The translations under genes were made by a program, and so were the position numbers. A stretch of DNA of 64,000 nucleotides from positions 40,114,001 to 40,178,000 of the forward strand of contig CM060731.1 in NCBI GenBank assembly GCA_030704615.1, read 5' to 3'. Below, piece after piece: positions 26,118-37,766 of the stretch (the first letter of the stretch is position 1; every line of letters begins with the position of its first letter). Source of the stretch: Takakia lepidozioides. Lineage: Eukaryota; Plantae; Bryophyta. The notes under the pieces are model-generated. The model did not search any database, had not been told where the DNA came from, and saw only the letters and a program-made list of their open reading frames with translations.

Positions 26118-29100
26118 TCACCAATAGTCCCCACAAGAGCACACCCCATTCTTGAAATGGTGAAAGCGAATAGAATCCCTGGCAATAATCTCTCGCCCAA
26201 CAATTCTGGAGATGAATTTGGTGGCGGTGTGGCAATCCCCACATACCCGAAGGTTTTTTATTATGCGGATGGGTGTCTCAGGGGTTGTGCTAATCAGCCC
26301 AAAAGCAATGGCCAGCTTTTCGCTGTGGTGACAAAGGGCCTGTTCTTTTGTCTGTTGATCCACATCATGCAACACAAAACGAGTATCAGGCATATATCCT
26401 GCCTCCTTTATTTGAATAGCCAATCTCTCCAATTCGGCATAGATCTCCTCAGTTTGTGGGTGTGTTCTATCGTCTACAACAAATTTATGTACCCTGTTCT
26501 TCACCTCAATCCAGCTGCACCCAGGTTCCTTCTTCATGCCTCTGTCCTTCATTGCTTTTCTCACCTTTGCTATGTCATCCCACATGCCAGCAGCAGCATA
26601 TATGTTTGAAAGTGACACATACACTGAAGCATTTTCTGGTTCTAACTTGAGGATCCATTGGGCAGCACGTTCTGCTCGGTCAACGTTGCCGTGGATTCTG
26701 CAGGCACCAAGCAAAGCCCCCCACATTGAGGCATCTGGTTCAAATGGCATTTTGTCGATGAACTCCTCTGCCTCATCCAAGCGCCCTGCACGGCCAAGAA
26801 GGTCAACCATGCAGCCATAGTGTCTTCGTGTTGGTGTTATGCCATGATCTGCACTCATAGAAAGGAAGTAACAATGGCCTTCATCCACTAGGCCCACATG
26901 GCTGCACGAAGAGAGAACACCAATGAATGTGACGTCATCTGGCTTCAACCCTTCCCATTGCATTTGTTCAAAGAGTTGGAGAGCCTCTTTGCCAAGCCCA
27001 TGCTGGGCATATCCCATGATCATTGCAGTCCATGAGACCTCGTCTCGCTCGTGAATGTCGTCAAACACTTGCCGTGCATATCCCAAATTTCCACACTTGG
27101 CATACATGTCCACAAGAGCGTTACACACTCGGACATCCTCCAATCCAGATCTGATGATGAGATCATGGACAGACTTGCCCTCTGCCAGAGTTGCTAGGCT
27201 GGCACATGTATTGAGGATGCTAATAAAAGTGACTTCATTAGGCTTCACACCTTCTCGTTGCATTTGGCGAAAGAGTTCAAATGCCTCTTCACCATGCCCG
27301 TGCTGAGCTAGTCCTGCAATCATCACAGTCCATGAGACCACATTTCGCTCAGACATTTTGACAAATACTTCATGTGCACCTGCGACAGACCCACACCTGC
27401 AGTACATGCTGACAAGGGCAGTCCCGACAAGGACACCTGACTCGAATCCAGCTTTGATGATGCCTTCATGGAGCCATTTTCCCTGTTCCAGAACAATGGG
27501 GCTGGCACATGCATTCAGGATGCTCAGGAAAGTGACCATGTCGGCCTTCATGCCTGCTTGTTGCATCTGCCGAAAGAGGTCAATTGCTTCGTCCCCATGC
27601 CCTTGCTGGGCTAATCCTGCAATCATCGCATTCCAAGAGATCACATCTCGCTTAGGCATGTTGTCAAACACTTGATGTGCATTCAACACACTCCCACACT
27701 TGAAATACATGGTGACAAGGGCATTCCCTACTCCAACATCGGACTCAAAACCAGCTTTGCTGATCTGAGCATGGACGTGCTTGCCCTTGTCCAGGGACAC
27801 TGGGGTGGTGCATGCATTGAGGATGCTCATGAAAGTGACCTTATCTGCCTTTAACCCTTCTTGTTGCATTGTCTTAAAGAGTTTAAATGCCTCTTCACTG
27901 TGACCCTGCTGTGATAATCCTGCAATCATCGCATTCCATGAGGTCACATCGCGCCTAGGCATTTTCAGAAACACATGTTGCGCATCCTCGACACTCCCGC
28001 ACTTACAATACATGCTGACAAGAGCAGTCCCCACCCTCACATCTGACTCATATCCAGATTCGATGATGCCTGCGTGGAGCCACTTGCCCTGTCCCACGCG
28101 TACTAAATTGCCACAAGCGACCAGGATGCTTATAAAAGTAACCTTGTTAGGCTTCATACCTTCTCCTTGCATTTGCTGAAAGAGTTCAAATGCTTCTTCA
28201 GCAAGGCCTTGCTGAGCCAATCCAGCAATCATTGCATTCCATGAGATCACATCTGGCTTATGTATTTTGTCAAATACCTTGCGTGCATTGACAACACTCC
28301 CACATTTACAATACATGCTAACAAGAGCAGTACAAACTTGAACGTCTGAGTCCAATCCAACTTTCCTAATAACATCATGGAGCCGCTTTCCCTTTTCTAG
28401 GGCTGCTGGGTTGCCACATGCGTTCAGGATGCTGATGAAAGTGACCTCATTTGGCTCTATTCCTTCTTGCTGCATCCTCCCCAAGAGCTCAAATGCCTCT
28501 TCACTATGCCCTTGCTTAGCTAACCCTGCAATCATCGCAGCCCAGGATATCACATTCCGTTTAGGCATTCTGTCAAACACTTGCCGCGCATCCATCACAC
28601 TACCACACTTGCAATACATGGTGACCAGTGCAGTCCCCACTTTGACATCTGACTCCAATCCTGCTTTGATAACCTCCACATGAAGCAGCTTTCCCTGTTC
28701 CAGGGCTAAAGGGCTGCCACATGCGTTGAGGATGCTCATGAAAGTGACCTTGTTTGGTTCCACAGCTTCTCGTTGCATTTGCCCAAAGAGTTCAAATGCC
28801 TCCTTGGCATACCCTAGCTTAGCTAGTCCTGCAATCATCGCAGTCCATGAGACCACATTGCGTTCAGGCATTTGATCGAATACATGGCGCGCATCCACAA
28901 CACTTCCGCACTTGCAATACATGCTCAGAAGGGTGTTTCCCAAGAATGTGTTTGACTGAAATCCACTTTTAATAATGTGGGCATGGACAGCCTTGCCATC
29001 TGCCAGGGCATTTGTCTTTGCATACCCCTGCAAGAGTTGCGCACAGGTATCGGAATATGAACGAAATCCCCGTGACTCCATCATATCCAGAAGGAGCATT

Positions 29101-29303
29101 GCCTCCTTCAACTGCCCATCCTTGGCCGCTAAGCTCGCATTCTCACCAGTTCCACAAGTGCCCTTGTCCCCTTCCCACTTTGCAATTGTTTTCCACCCTC
29201 CATTAGCAACAGTGGCGATGGTGAACACGCCAATGCCCATACCCTTGCCGTCACTCTGATGCTCAATAGACAACTGGGTCTGATTCCAGATTTGAAGCCC
29301 CAC
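26118..29303 (-). CDS. PLS-class PPR protein with E and DYW cytidine deaminase domains (organellar C-to-U editing factor)
   Basis: 1061-aa ORF with repeated P-L-S triplets, PG box PGCSWIE, HSEKLA, KNLRVCGDCH and terminal CSCGDYW. The exact start is uncertain. Confidence 0.97.
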   Translation of the reverse strand: MGLQIWNQTQLSIEHQSDGKGMGIGVFTIATVANGGWKTIAKWEGDKGTCGTGENASLAAKDGQLKEAMLLLDMMESRGFRSYSDTCAQLLQGYAKTNALADGKAVHAHIIKSGFQSNTFLGNTLLSMYCKCGSVVDARHVFDQMPERNVVSWTAMIAGLAKLGYAKEAFELFGQMQREAVEPNKVTFMSILNACGSPLALEQGKLLHVEVIKAGLESDVKVGTALVTMYCKCGSVMDARQVFDRMPKRNVISWAAMIAGLAKQGHSEEAFELLGRMQQEGIEPNEVTFISILNACGNPAALEKGKRLHDVIRKVGLDSDVQVCTALVSMYCKCGSVVNARKVFDKIHKPDVISWNAMIAGLAQQGLAEEAFELFQQMQGEGMKPNKVTFISILVACGNLVRVGQGKWLHAGIIESGYESDVRVGTALVSMYCKCGSVEDAQHVFLKMPRRDVTSWNAMIAGLSQQGHSEEAFKLFKTMQQEGLKADKVTFMSILNACTTPVSLDKGKHVHAQISKAGFESDVGVGNALVTMYFKCGSVLNAHQVFDNMPKRDVISWNAMIAGLAQQGHGDEAIDLFRQMQQAGMKADMVTFLSILNACASPIVLEQGKWLHEGIIKAGFESGVLVGTALVSMYCRCGSVAGAHEVFVKMSERNVVSWTVMIAGLAQHGHGEEAFELFRQMQREGVKPNEVTFISILNTCASLATLAEGKSVHDLIIRSGLEDVRVCNALVDMYAKCGNLGYARQVFDDIHERDEVSWTAMIMGYAQHGLGKEALQLFEQMQWEGLKPDDVTFIGVLSSCSHVGLVDEGHCYFLSMSADHGITPTRRHYGCMVDLLGRAGRLDEAEEFIDKMPFEPDASMWGALLGACRIHGNVDRAERAAQWILKLEPENASVYVSLSNIYAAAGMWDDIAKVRKAMKDRGMKKEPGCSWIEVKNRVHKFVVDDRTHPQTEEIYAELERLAIQIKEAGYMPDTRFVLHDVDQQTKEQALCHHSEKLAIAFGLISTTPETPIRIIKNLRVCGDCHTATKFISRIVGREIIARDSIRFHHFKNGVCSCGDYW

Positions 29304-31075
29304 TACCCTGCATGATAAACAACCAAAAGCTCAACGCCTGATTCTTTAACCCCTTCGATTCCCTTTCTTTCATGAGTACATTCTTATCACAAGCTATAAC
29401 TTAGAGATCTTCTAATTCTGTTACATCCACATTGGGACGGAAGTACAGCGTACCGAACACTCCAGATTTTCCTTTGACGGCCCATTACAACAATCCCAGT
29501 TGTCAGACCTTCAGCAATTGTTGGGGGCGGAGAGCCATAATGCGGGTCATCTTGTTCTCAGTGCAGTCAGAACGATGTAACACTACGTGTTGGGTCCTCT
29601 GAGCTTGGATCATCGAAATACCTTATGTCCAGTAAGACACTCATCGGTCGCCTAGTGCTCCAATTCTTCCAGAAGATCTGCTTTGATCAAACTGTCACTC
29701 CCAATATTTGGTCGAAGAGGTTCTCATCCCAATCGATCGATAGTTTGTTCATTGACATAGTCATGCATCCTCAGAACAGCTTTCAATCAACCCCCAAATC
29801 AGATAGTAGCTTTCGACAGACAAGCCACTCTCCTTGGAGCATTGCCAACAGATAGAACACCGTTCTGTGATGGAATTAGTCCTGGGACTTCGACATACAA
29901 TACCAGGCTCCGTCACACATTTGGGATCCGAGTAATAATGAGCATGAAGGCTGGCAGTAGTGAAGGAGGGGAGGATTGACGAAGAAGTGTCAGGATATAT
30001 CTGCACATTGTCTTGTCTCTCCTCCGATTCAAAGTAAAAACATACAAAGATTTGCTCAGGCCCGACTGGATACGCGTATGTATGAATGTTGTCGATGTAT
30101 ACAAAGAAAAGAAAGTAAGCCAACATGTTCAGGGCTCTGCTAAATCACAAATCTAATCCAATTTGCATGATAACACTTACGAATTGCGAAGAGAAATGAA
30201 CTCATAACGTCGGCAGAAAGCTCAAAGATGAGAGAGAGAGAGAGAGAGATTGCAATCCGTAATGAACGGAATGGAGTTGGGGCCAGTCCAATGCGCGAGC
30301 TGCAGGGGGGATGGCAACCGTATTTATATTGTAAGCAGATCTGACCTAACCAGTCTCACGACAGCAGCTTCTAAACCATCACATGGAAAGCAGCAGCGCA
30401 GGTCGCAAAAGTTGGAGAAGGAGGAGCCGTGGCAGCGAGCTCACAGTAGGCATGGCACGGGTGGCATCATATGCATTCTCCCCCGAGGCTACTGTGCTTG
30501 GCAGACTGGCCCTCTTCTTTAGTAGAACATCAAGAGCGTGTGAGTGGTACTCTCTGTACGGGACCTTTGTGCATTGTGGGAACTGCATTGTATTGAGATT
30601 TTCTTCAAACAGTTTCAAGCCAATTGCGGGGCAATGGAAACCAGTAGGGGAGGAGCAAGTCCATGGCCATGGGGATGAGCAAGGAGGTCATAACACGCAA
30701 TTATCTAAAAAGCCAAAATTCAGGTGTTGATCAATAGCGGGACAATGGAGGCAGAACGATCCATTCTGGAGGACGTGATTTCAAGCACGAGACTGCAAGA
30801 ATCTGGATCGGCCAAATACCTATCCAGAATTTGGACCAGGAGAAGCTTTAGAGAGAATAACTTCCAAACCAAAGTCATTGTTGGGACAATCGAGGCCCCT
30901 ACACATTTCGAGCATGGGAGTAGCAGGGAGGGTACAAGAAACTGGGGAAGCTGGTTGCAGTGCAGCTAGGGATATATACCCAAATTTCGGAAGGAGAAGC
31001 TTTGGGGGTTTAGGGGTTTAGCTTCCAAAATTCCTACCCGGAACATTGTAAAGCTAGAACCCCCACGAAAGGATA

Positions 31076-31507
31076 TGCTCTCGTCCTCTGCGGGTTAAGT
31101 CATGCACATGGGATTGTAAGCTATAGAACTTTGCCAAGCTGACAGGGAAGGATCTATTGCAGAGCACACATACAATCTAAGCCAAATGTTGCACGTAGCA
31201 AAGCATCAACACAGTTTCATCCAGCGTCCGTCACACATCCACTGCACCAGTTTGTACACCCAAAAACATCCTGCCTAAGCCTGATGATCTCTTCATTTAA
31301 AATAATCGGGAGAGGCTAATCTCGAGATCCAGATGCAGCACTCTTATTGGACATGTAGATTACAAGACCTCACATCCGCCAGCTCAGTTTCCAGGTTGGC
31401 TTATCTCCCGACTGTTAACGTAGGACAATCACATAACCAAAGATAGTCCTTGTTATCATTAATGTCCAACAACCTCATGCTTTTCATCCAAGGGACTGAC
31501 AGGAGAG
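31076..31507. repeat. LTR-like direct repeat, left copy (~430 bp)
   Basis: About 95% identical to 53618-54050 by manual count (~21 differences). Starts TGCTCTC. Confidence 0.9.
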
Positions 31508-31834
31508 GCGCGAGAGGGATGAAAAAACCCTCAGCAAAAAAACCTTAAAATGGACTAAGGGCAAAACTCGCTGGGGAAAAGCCCCTATCACGTTACAATA
31601 GTGATGCAAAACACTAACACGAAGCTAAAGTCTGTGCTAAGGTCGTCCACCTCCTCTAACACCAGATGTCGCAAGTCTGCAGCAGACCATTATTTGCACA
31701 CCACACAACACCAGGGATGGCCACTGTTGAACCATCAGAAAGCACCTAAGAGAGACCATAGCTTGGACCTCCAGAAAACACACAAGGCTGCAACACTCTA
31801 GCCTTTAATCCTTGCACTCAATCACACACAAAGA

Positions 31835-32677
31835 TCAGCCAATCGTCATGCCCTCTACATTGATGCAGGTGAGATCGAAGACCAATCTGTTGTGCACCAA
31901 GGAGTCCACATGCATAGGGTGAGTTATGGGTGGCGTGGAATGATGTTGGGGAAGCAACAAGAACTTCCTCCCACGAAGTCTTTCAGTGATGAGATAAGGA
32001 CCCTCAAAGCATTTCGAAGCTTTGGAGATAATTTTCCCAGATTGCAGACGGACACACATAGTTTGGCCCACCAAGAATTCCTCTGAGTAGTGAACTTTCC
32101 TGTTGTAGTTACGAGCCTGCACAGCCTGGTGGTAGAGTGTACAGAGGTCCGATAAGCAAAAATCAGAGTGGATAGAGTAGTATCCCAATCATGATAGGGT
32201 GCAGTCGTACGATGCTTAACACCCAAATTAAAACACACAATCTGCATGAGCTGGTTACAAAATTCAGAGCCTTGATCGATGAGGATCTCCTGGGGACAGC
32301 CATGGCGCAAGATGACCTCGTTGAAGAAGAACTATGTCACTGTGTCTACATCCTTAGCAGCCAAGGGTTGAACCTCCACCCACTTAGATAGGTAATCAAT
32401 TGCCACAGCAATGTAACAATGTCTCTTAATCGTAGGCTGGAGTGGCCCAACAAGATCTAGGCCCACTCGGGCGAATGATTCAGACACCGGAATTGGTTGC
32501 AAAGCAAGTGAAGGATGGGCTCTAGGAATCAGTGTCTGAGAATGGCACTCCACACAGCAAGAGATAAAATGTGTAACATCTTGAACCATCCCTTTCCAAT
32601 GATACCTCTCTTGGAGCCTCTTCAAGATCTTAGTGATGCCCAAGTGACCAGCAAAAGCAGAAGAATGATGCAATTGA
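31835..32677 (-). pseudogene. Gypsy-type integrase (HHCC zinc finger + rve core), 3' part
   Basis: HHSSAFAGHLGITK..RYHWKGM..CVEC, VGLDLVGPL, AIDYLSKWVE, ILIDQGSEF, TTAPYH. Deletions and frameshifts present. Confidence 0.9.
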
Positions 32678-33773
32678 CACTATTTTAACTAATTCTGGAC
32701 TTTTGTTTGGTCCAGAAATAATATGAGAAATATGAATAAACAAAATTTATTATTGAAATAAAGCGATATATATGATTATTTTGTTTATTGTATACACAAT
32801 ATAATCCTCCAAACATTTTTTGGAGACAATATAAGTATGTATTGTGGTTTTAGAAGAACATCCACTGCCAAGTTGACGTTCACGAAAAAAATGGGAGGAC
32901 GCAATAAATTACACCATGATGTGAGGTCAGATATGTAAAACTTTTTGCAGAAAATGGTTGTCATATCAGATGACATACAAAACCAAACATAAAACAATCA
33001 TGGCATGTGATGAAGAGGATGATATGAAAGAATGTGTCCGCATACATTGATGATAAACATTTATATTTTATTAGAGATTGCAACTTTGGTGTTGCAATCA
33101 GACCTGTAACGTCAACTGTACATCCGTTGGACTTAATGTTATCCAGCGGCTCGAAGCCATACAACGGCTTACACTAACCCATTAATATTACAGAGCCTCC
33201 TCCCAAACGGCTCACAGTCAAGGCATGTGTTTGAAGACGCCTCCGGTTACCACAACCACTTGCAACGCTCTCCGCACCAGATGAAACGGAAATACTTTCG
33301 GAGAACTTGAACCTTAGTAGTAACGTTATCATCCGAAATGTTACTTGGAACTCTACTTGTTGAATCTCCTGATGCCCTTGAAGCCTGTCGGGAAGCCCGC
33401 CATTCTTGCCAATCACGAGGCTCTTCTTCTTCTTTTTGAATTCGCTCCTTGAATGTGACTGGGCAAAATAATTTTTCATATGACAAATGTCAGCTGAAAT
33501 GTGGAACATTTGTAGAAAAAATGATAAAGTAAAAGTGCAAGTGGAAGACACTTTCAAGATCAAATTCTCCATAAACAACAAATAGTGGGATAAGTACATA
33601 CCAAGGTAATCAGGTTCCTTTTGTTGTGGGATCCAAACACGAGGATCAACATATCTTCCATATCAAGCCCAATAGGCATGGTCACGACCAATAGGCTTAC
33701 AAGAACACTTGGCAGGGTTCTCGCTGATGTAATCTACGACTGTTGAAGCTGCAGCCATTTTCAATATATATGG

Positions 33774-34298
33774 CTACATAGCTTTTGTCATATCATCCTG
33801 GTCAACCAATCCCTTTGGTGATGGCTTGTATGAAATAGGGAAGAATCCAGTATTTGGTGGGTTTCGAAGGCCCTTTAATGGCTCATCATCAACAATGAGT
33901 ATTTGTCCTTGCGTTGCAAAGGGTGTACCAGGGTACTTGGCAAGAACAATGCGAATATCCTTAACGAGATATTTCATCCCAGGCATGATATAACCGGTAG
34001 TGTCTTTGCAATCCTCAGCTGACCAGATGAAGCAAAACTTCTTCGCAATTTTCGTAGGAACTAAGCACTCGAGCATCCTACAAAGAACATGTCTTTAAGC
34101 ACATGACCAGATCGCCACGTGAAAATGCATGAACGCAAGGTTGAGAAACTCCAAGACTCCGGGCCGGGGAACCACAAAAGGTCTTTCGGGAACATAAACT
34201 GTAACTTTCCTAAAACGAAATCTTTCCTTAAACAATTCACCGCCGGTTGGAGGTGGCCGGTAGCAAAGGAGACCGTTGACACTCAATATTAACAGCAT
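33774..34298 (-). pseudogene. FCP1/NIF-like HAD phosphatase domain 3 (frameshifted)
   Basis: LLILSVNGLL, VVPRPGVLEFL..F..FHVAIWS, ILIVDDEPLKGLRNPPNT. Confidence 0.85.
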
Positions 34299-35852
34299 CC
34301 ATTTCCTCTTCTCTGATGTTGCAAATGAAGGTTGATGGACGATACCAACCTGCGCAATTTAAGTGTTCCCGCCGTCAGAAACAACACAATGTAGTGTTTC
34401 TTAGTTTCAGAGTGACTTCTACGTTTTCGGAGACATAAGTGTCCCGACAATGGACTACTGTAAAGGACCAAGAGTAGACCATATATTGAAGAGTTTGAGA
34501 TCACGAAAAGATGAACGTCGGCTGTCAAGTGGAGGTTAGTGGACGCACCTTGTCGGGAGGCGCATTCAAGAAGTTATGTGGCTCCATACTCGCTTGTATA
34601 GAAATTACGGAGTTAGTTTGGGACAGAAAAAAAAAACAGCAAACGAAAGTGGAGAAATTGTTTTGAAATGTACCATTGAAGCCTTATTGGAATGTCTAGC
34701 AGAAGAACAGTGGATTCCCGCGGGCTTGGATTGACGAGGTGCCACAACATCCGAGGGAGTCCTCATGTGTTTGGAGTCCGCTCTTTTTTTCTTGTCAGCC
34801 TTTTGTCCTTTGGAATGATTCCCTGCAGAGAAAGGAAATGACTCGGGGGCCGTTTTTCGCCTCTTTGGTGCAGAACATTATGCGAGCAGTTCAGGGTCAC
34901 ATTGTGTCGATGTTGAAGATGTTTTGCCATTGAACGACGGGAGAAGTGGAGGGGCAACAACAGGCAAGCACAGAAAATTGTCCCTTGAGCACTCGACATC
35001 TTGGATGGAATGAAAACGCAACGAAGGAATAATTTACCTCGGAACTGCATTCCAATGTAGACGTCGTTTGATAGGAAGGTCATAATCTGCAGATTTTCTT
35101 ACCTGGAGCGACAGATGAATATCAGACCCCAAACTAAGTGAAACTAGGAGAATGAGCAAGGAGCGAGAAATGAGTTTAAGTCACCTGACTCCTGCGGATT
35201 TGGGCTGTCCAACCCTCGTGCTGGGGAGATATGCGAGGAAGAGACGGAAGCAGGTGCAGCGGAGCCGTAGCCGAGTCCCCGACGGTTGGATAGACCAGAC
35301 CCTGCGTACTGAACAGGGAGGGTGAGGAATGTTCGGAAAGGTCGATAAAGTCTCCGGGATATTTGTGTTCTTCACCTGCACCTTGGTCTTTACCCCCAAG
35401 AGGACCCAAGATGATAAGAGTGTCGTCTGCTTCCCGGGAGGACAAGGGTCTGACAGAGGATCCATCCTCAATTTGAGCACCATCGTGAACCCTCGGAAAG
35501 CCTTCAATACTCCGACTCACAGCTGATCCGGAGGGTTCCTTTAGGGGACTTGAGGAACCGATGACGTTCTCAGCATCTCCTTGAACCTGCCAAAGAGACA
35601 TAATCATAAATCCGGGAATGCACGAATGCGAACCTCCACTGAACAGTGGAGGTCACTAGATATAGTTTTGTCCCCATATGAAGGCCTGTATCAGAGTCTT
35701 GGGATTGCCCGGAATGTGCGTCAAGAATTCAACTGAAAATGAGTCAAAATGAGAGTACCATATCTTTCACGTGTGTGATTACAAGGAAATGAAAAAGAGA
35801 AACCATGAAGATATTCAATAGCTCGATTGAGATGGGATTGATAAAAAATAAT

Positions 35853-36599
35853 TTATTTTGAAGCATCATATCTGAGACTCTTAAAACCATTGTCCTCAAT
35901 AAAATCCCAGAGTGGGCTAAACTTGGGATCGTTTGAAACATTGGGAAAAAAACTCAATACTATCATTTTTTTCCCAAGATAGCTTGAAACAGTGGGATGT
36001 TTCCTCATTCCAAGCAAATAGGTCTGAAGAACCTTGAGAAGATAGCAACCATGAGTCTCAACGGTCTGGAACGGTTTGAGAACAAGACATGAGTCGGGCG
36101 GGTTCAATACACACTTCATGGCGGTGTCGTCAATGAGCAGAGTGTTACTCTTGGTGTATTGCCCACCAAAACTCTGCCAGACCTTGACCAGTGGCTTCAA
36201 AAACAAATGAGGAGGGTCCAATCCTGATTTGAATTGAGGGTGAACTGAAGTAGGGCATGAAATACAATCCTCTTGAGATATAACGAAGGCCGGTTGAGGT
36301 AGACCACGAAGCAAAAAATCCAGGATGGGCTGCAAGTTCTTGTACATCATAGAGCTCCCAATCCCTAACCGGTAGTGTTTGTGCAACTCTGTCCACACTT
36401 CGCGATATTTCTCCCGTCTAAAGACAAGTCGGAATCCGACAAGAGCTGGAATTTTGTAGTCCGATTCTGAAAACCGGGGGACATTGTAGCTCTTCTGGTG
36501 CTTCAAGATTTTGCACAAGACTCCATTCACGTCAAAAATAATCAAACGCAACCCTTGCGCAGGAGGAGAAACAGGTGCTCCAATCTGCCAGAGAGTCAT
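35853..36599 (-). CDS. FCP1/NIF-like HAD phosphatase domain 2
   Basis: LIIFDVNGVL, FLKPLVKVW, SNTLLIDDTAMKCVLNPP. Confidence 0.85.
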   Translation of the reverse strand: MTLWQIGAPVSPPAQGLRLIIFDVNGVLCKILKHQKSYNVPRFSESDYKIPALVGFRLVFRREKYREVWTELHKHYRLGIGSSMMYKNLQPILDFLLRGLPQPAFVISQEDCISCPTSVHPQFKSGLDPPHLFLKPLVKVWQSFGGQYTKSNTLLIDDTAMKCVLNPPDSCLVLKPFQTVETHGCYLLKVLQTYLLGMRKHPTVSSYLGKKMIVLSFFPNVSNDPKFSPLWDFIEDNGFKSLRYDASK

Positions 36600-36704
36600 T
36601 GATACTTAGGATGATAAAAGAGAACAGTACAATGCATTGGAAAAACCGACACCAGGAAAGTGAACAAGAACATCCACTGGACAGCCGAGGTTCAGCAAAC
36701 TCAG

Positions 36705-37551
36705 TTAAAATATTTTATGTCCCAATGCAGCGACACACAACTCGAGATTGCTAAGAAACTTCTGCCACTTATAATCAAAGTCTCTAAGAAATTTGACCGC
36801 TGGGTCGTCCTCGAAGAAATCCTTCGAAACGCCGAAAGGATGTAGGTCGTTGAACGGCATGATATCCATCCCCGATAACCGGAACATGTTAAGGTGAGGC
36901 TTGAGCTCTTCCAGTAGAAATTTATCCTTGTCAGGGTCCACGCGCGCCTTATATTTTGGAAGGAAGATGGTATGTCCTAACGGGTTCAAGTATGACTTGT
37001 ACATATTGTCTACACTGTCGATGAGGAGAGTATTGGATTTGTAAGCCGTCGGGTCTTCCTCAACGAAAATGTCGTAAAGACGTTTAAAGTAGATGGGATT
37101 TTTGGAAGCTTTGGGCCATTTTTCGTTGAATGTCGATCTATGCATGACGGAATTCTCACTGCTGTAAGTTCTGACCTGGGAATAGTACTTCCCGAACATG
37201 GCCTTGGCGATAGTCTTGACGTTCATTTCAGGTCCAGTGTTCCAAAAACAAAACGGAAAACTCTTTGGCGGCCCACTTAACGAATTCGTCAAGACCGTTT
37301 CGCGTAGCTAACTTGAATTTCCTTGCGGAGATACAAGGCTGGGTGGCAGGAGGTGTTTTCTTTCCATCCTTTAGGAAAACCTCACAAATGTAACCGATGT
37401 CCAGAACCAGGACGTAGTATCCTGGCCGACATCCGTTCGGTCCCCAAGGAAGGGAATGCAGATCGTTTGGATTGACAGAAAGGGAATAGTCGACTGGAGG
37501 GTAATGCATGTTGTCCTGTGGAATAACAGAAGAGTTCATTATTAATTTCAA
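36705..37551 (-). pseudogene. FCP1/NIF-like HAD phosphatase domain 1 (frameshifted)
   Basis: VLVLDIG, TRNGLDEFV..EFSV, FKRLYDIF, SNTLLIDS..KSYLNP. Confidence 0.75.
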
Positions 37552-37766
37552 TTTGAGTAAAATCCCAAAGTAGACAAACGGAAGAATGGAGTTGAAATCA
37601 TTACCATTTTTGGAGTGGGCCGCTGAGATCCATGGGCAGGCTGTTCCTCCTCTTTCCCATCTCTACGTCCAACGTTATCGTCCTTCTCTGTGGAGCCAGA
37701 TGGCAACCTCGACTGTCCAGTGGAGGTAACTTGTATGACCGCATATAGAGAAGAAAAATTTATTTC

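Noticed and set aside
26118-26500. Possible U-to-C (KP-type) DYW domain
   Set aside because: Canonical PG box, HSEKLA and terminal DYW indicate an ordinary C-to-U factor.
26157-29259. Multiple plus-strand ORFs with periodic similarity
   Set aside because: Antisense shadows of the PPR repeats.
32371-32379. AACCTCCAC half-site outside the giant element (similar one at ~52312)
   Set aside because: Lies in integrase coding sequence (WVEV) and has no second arm.
32678-32682. CACTA terminus suggesting an En/Spm element
   Set aside because: The right end reads CCCTA, the TSD is best explained as 4 bp, and the catalytic core lacks TnpD-type motifs.
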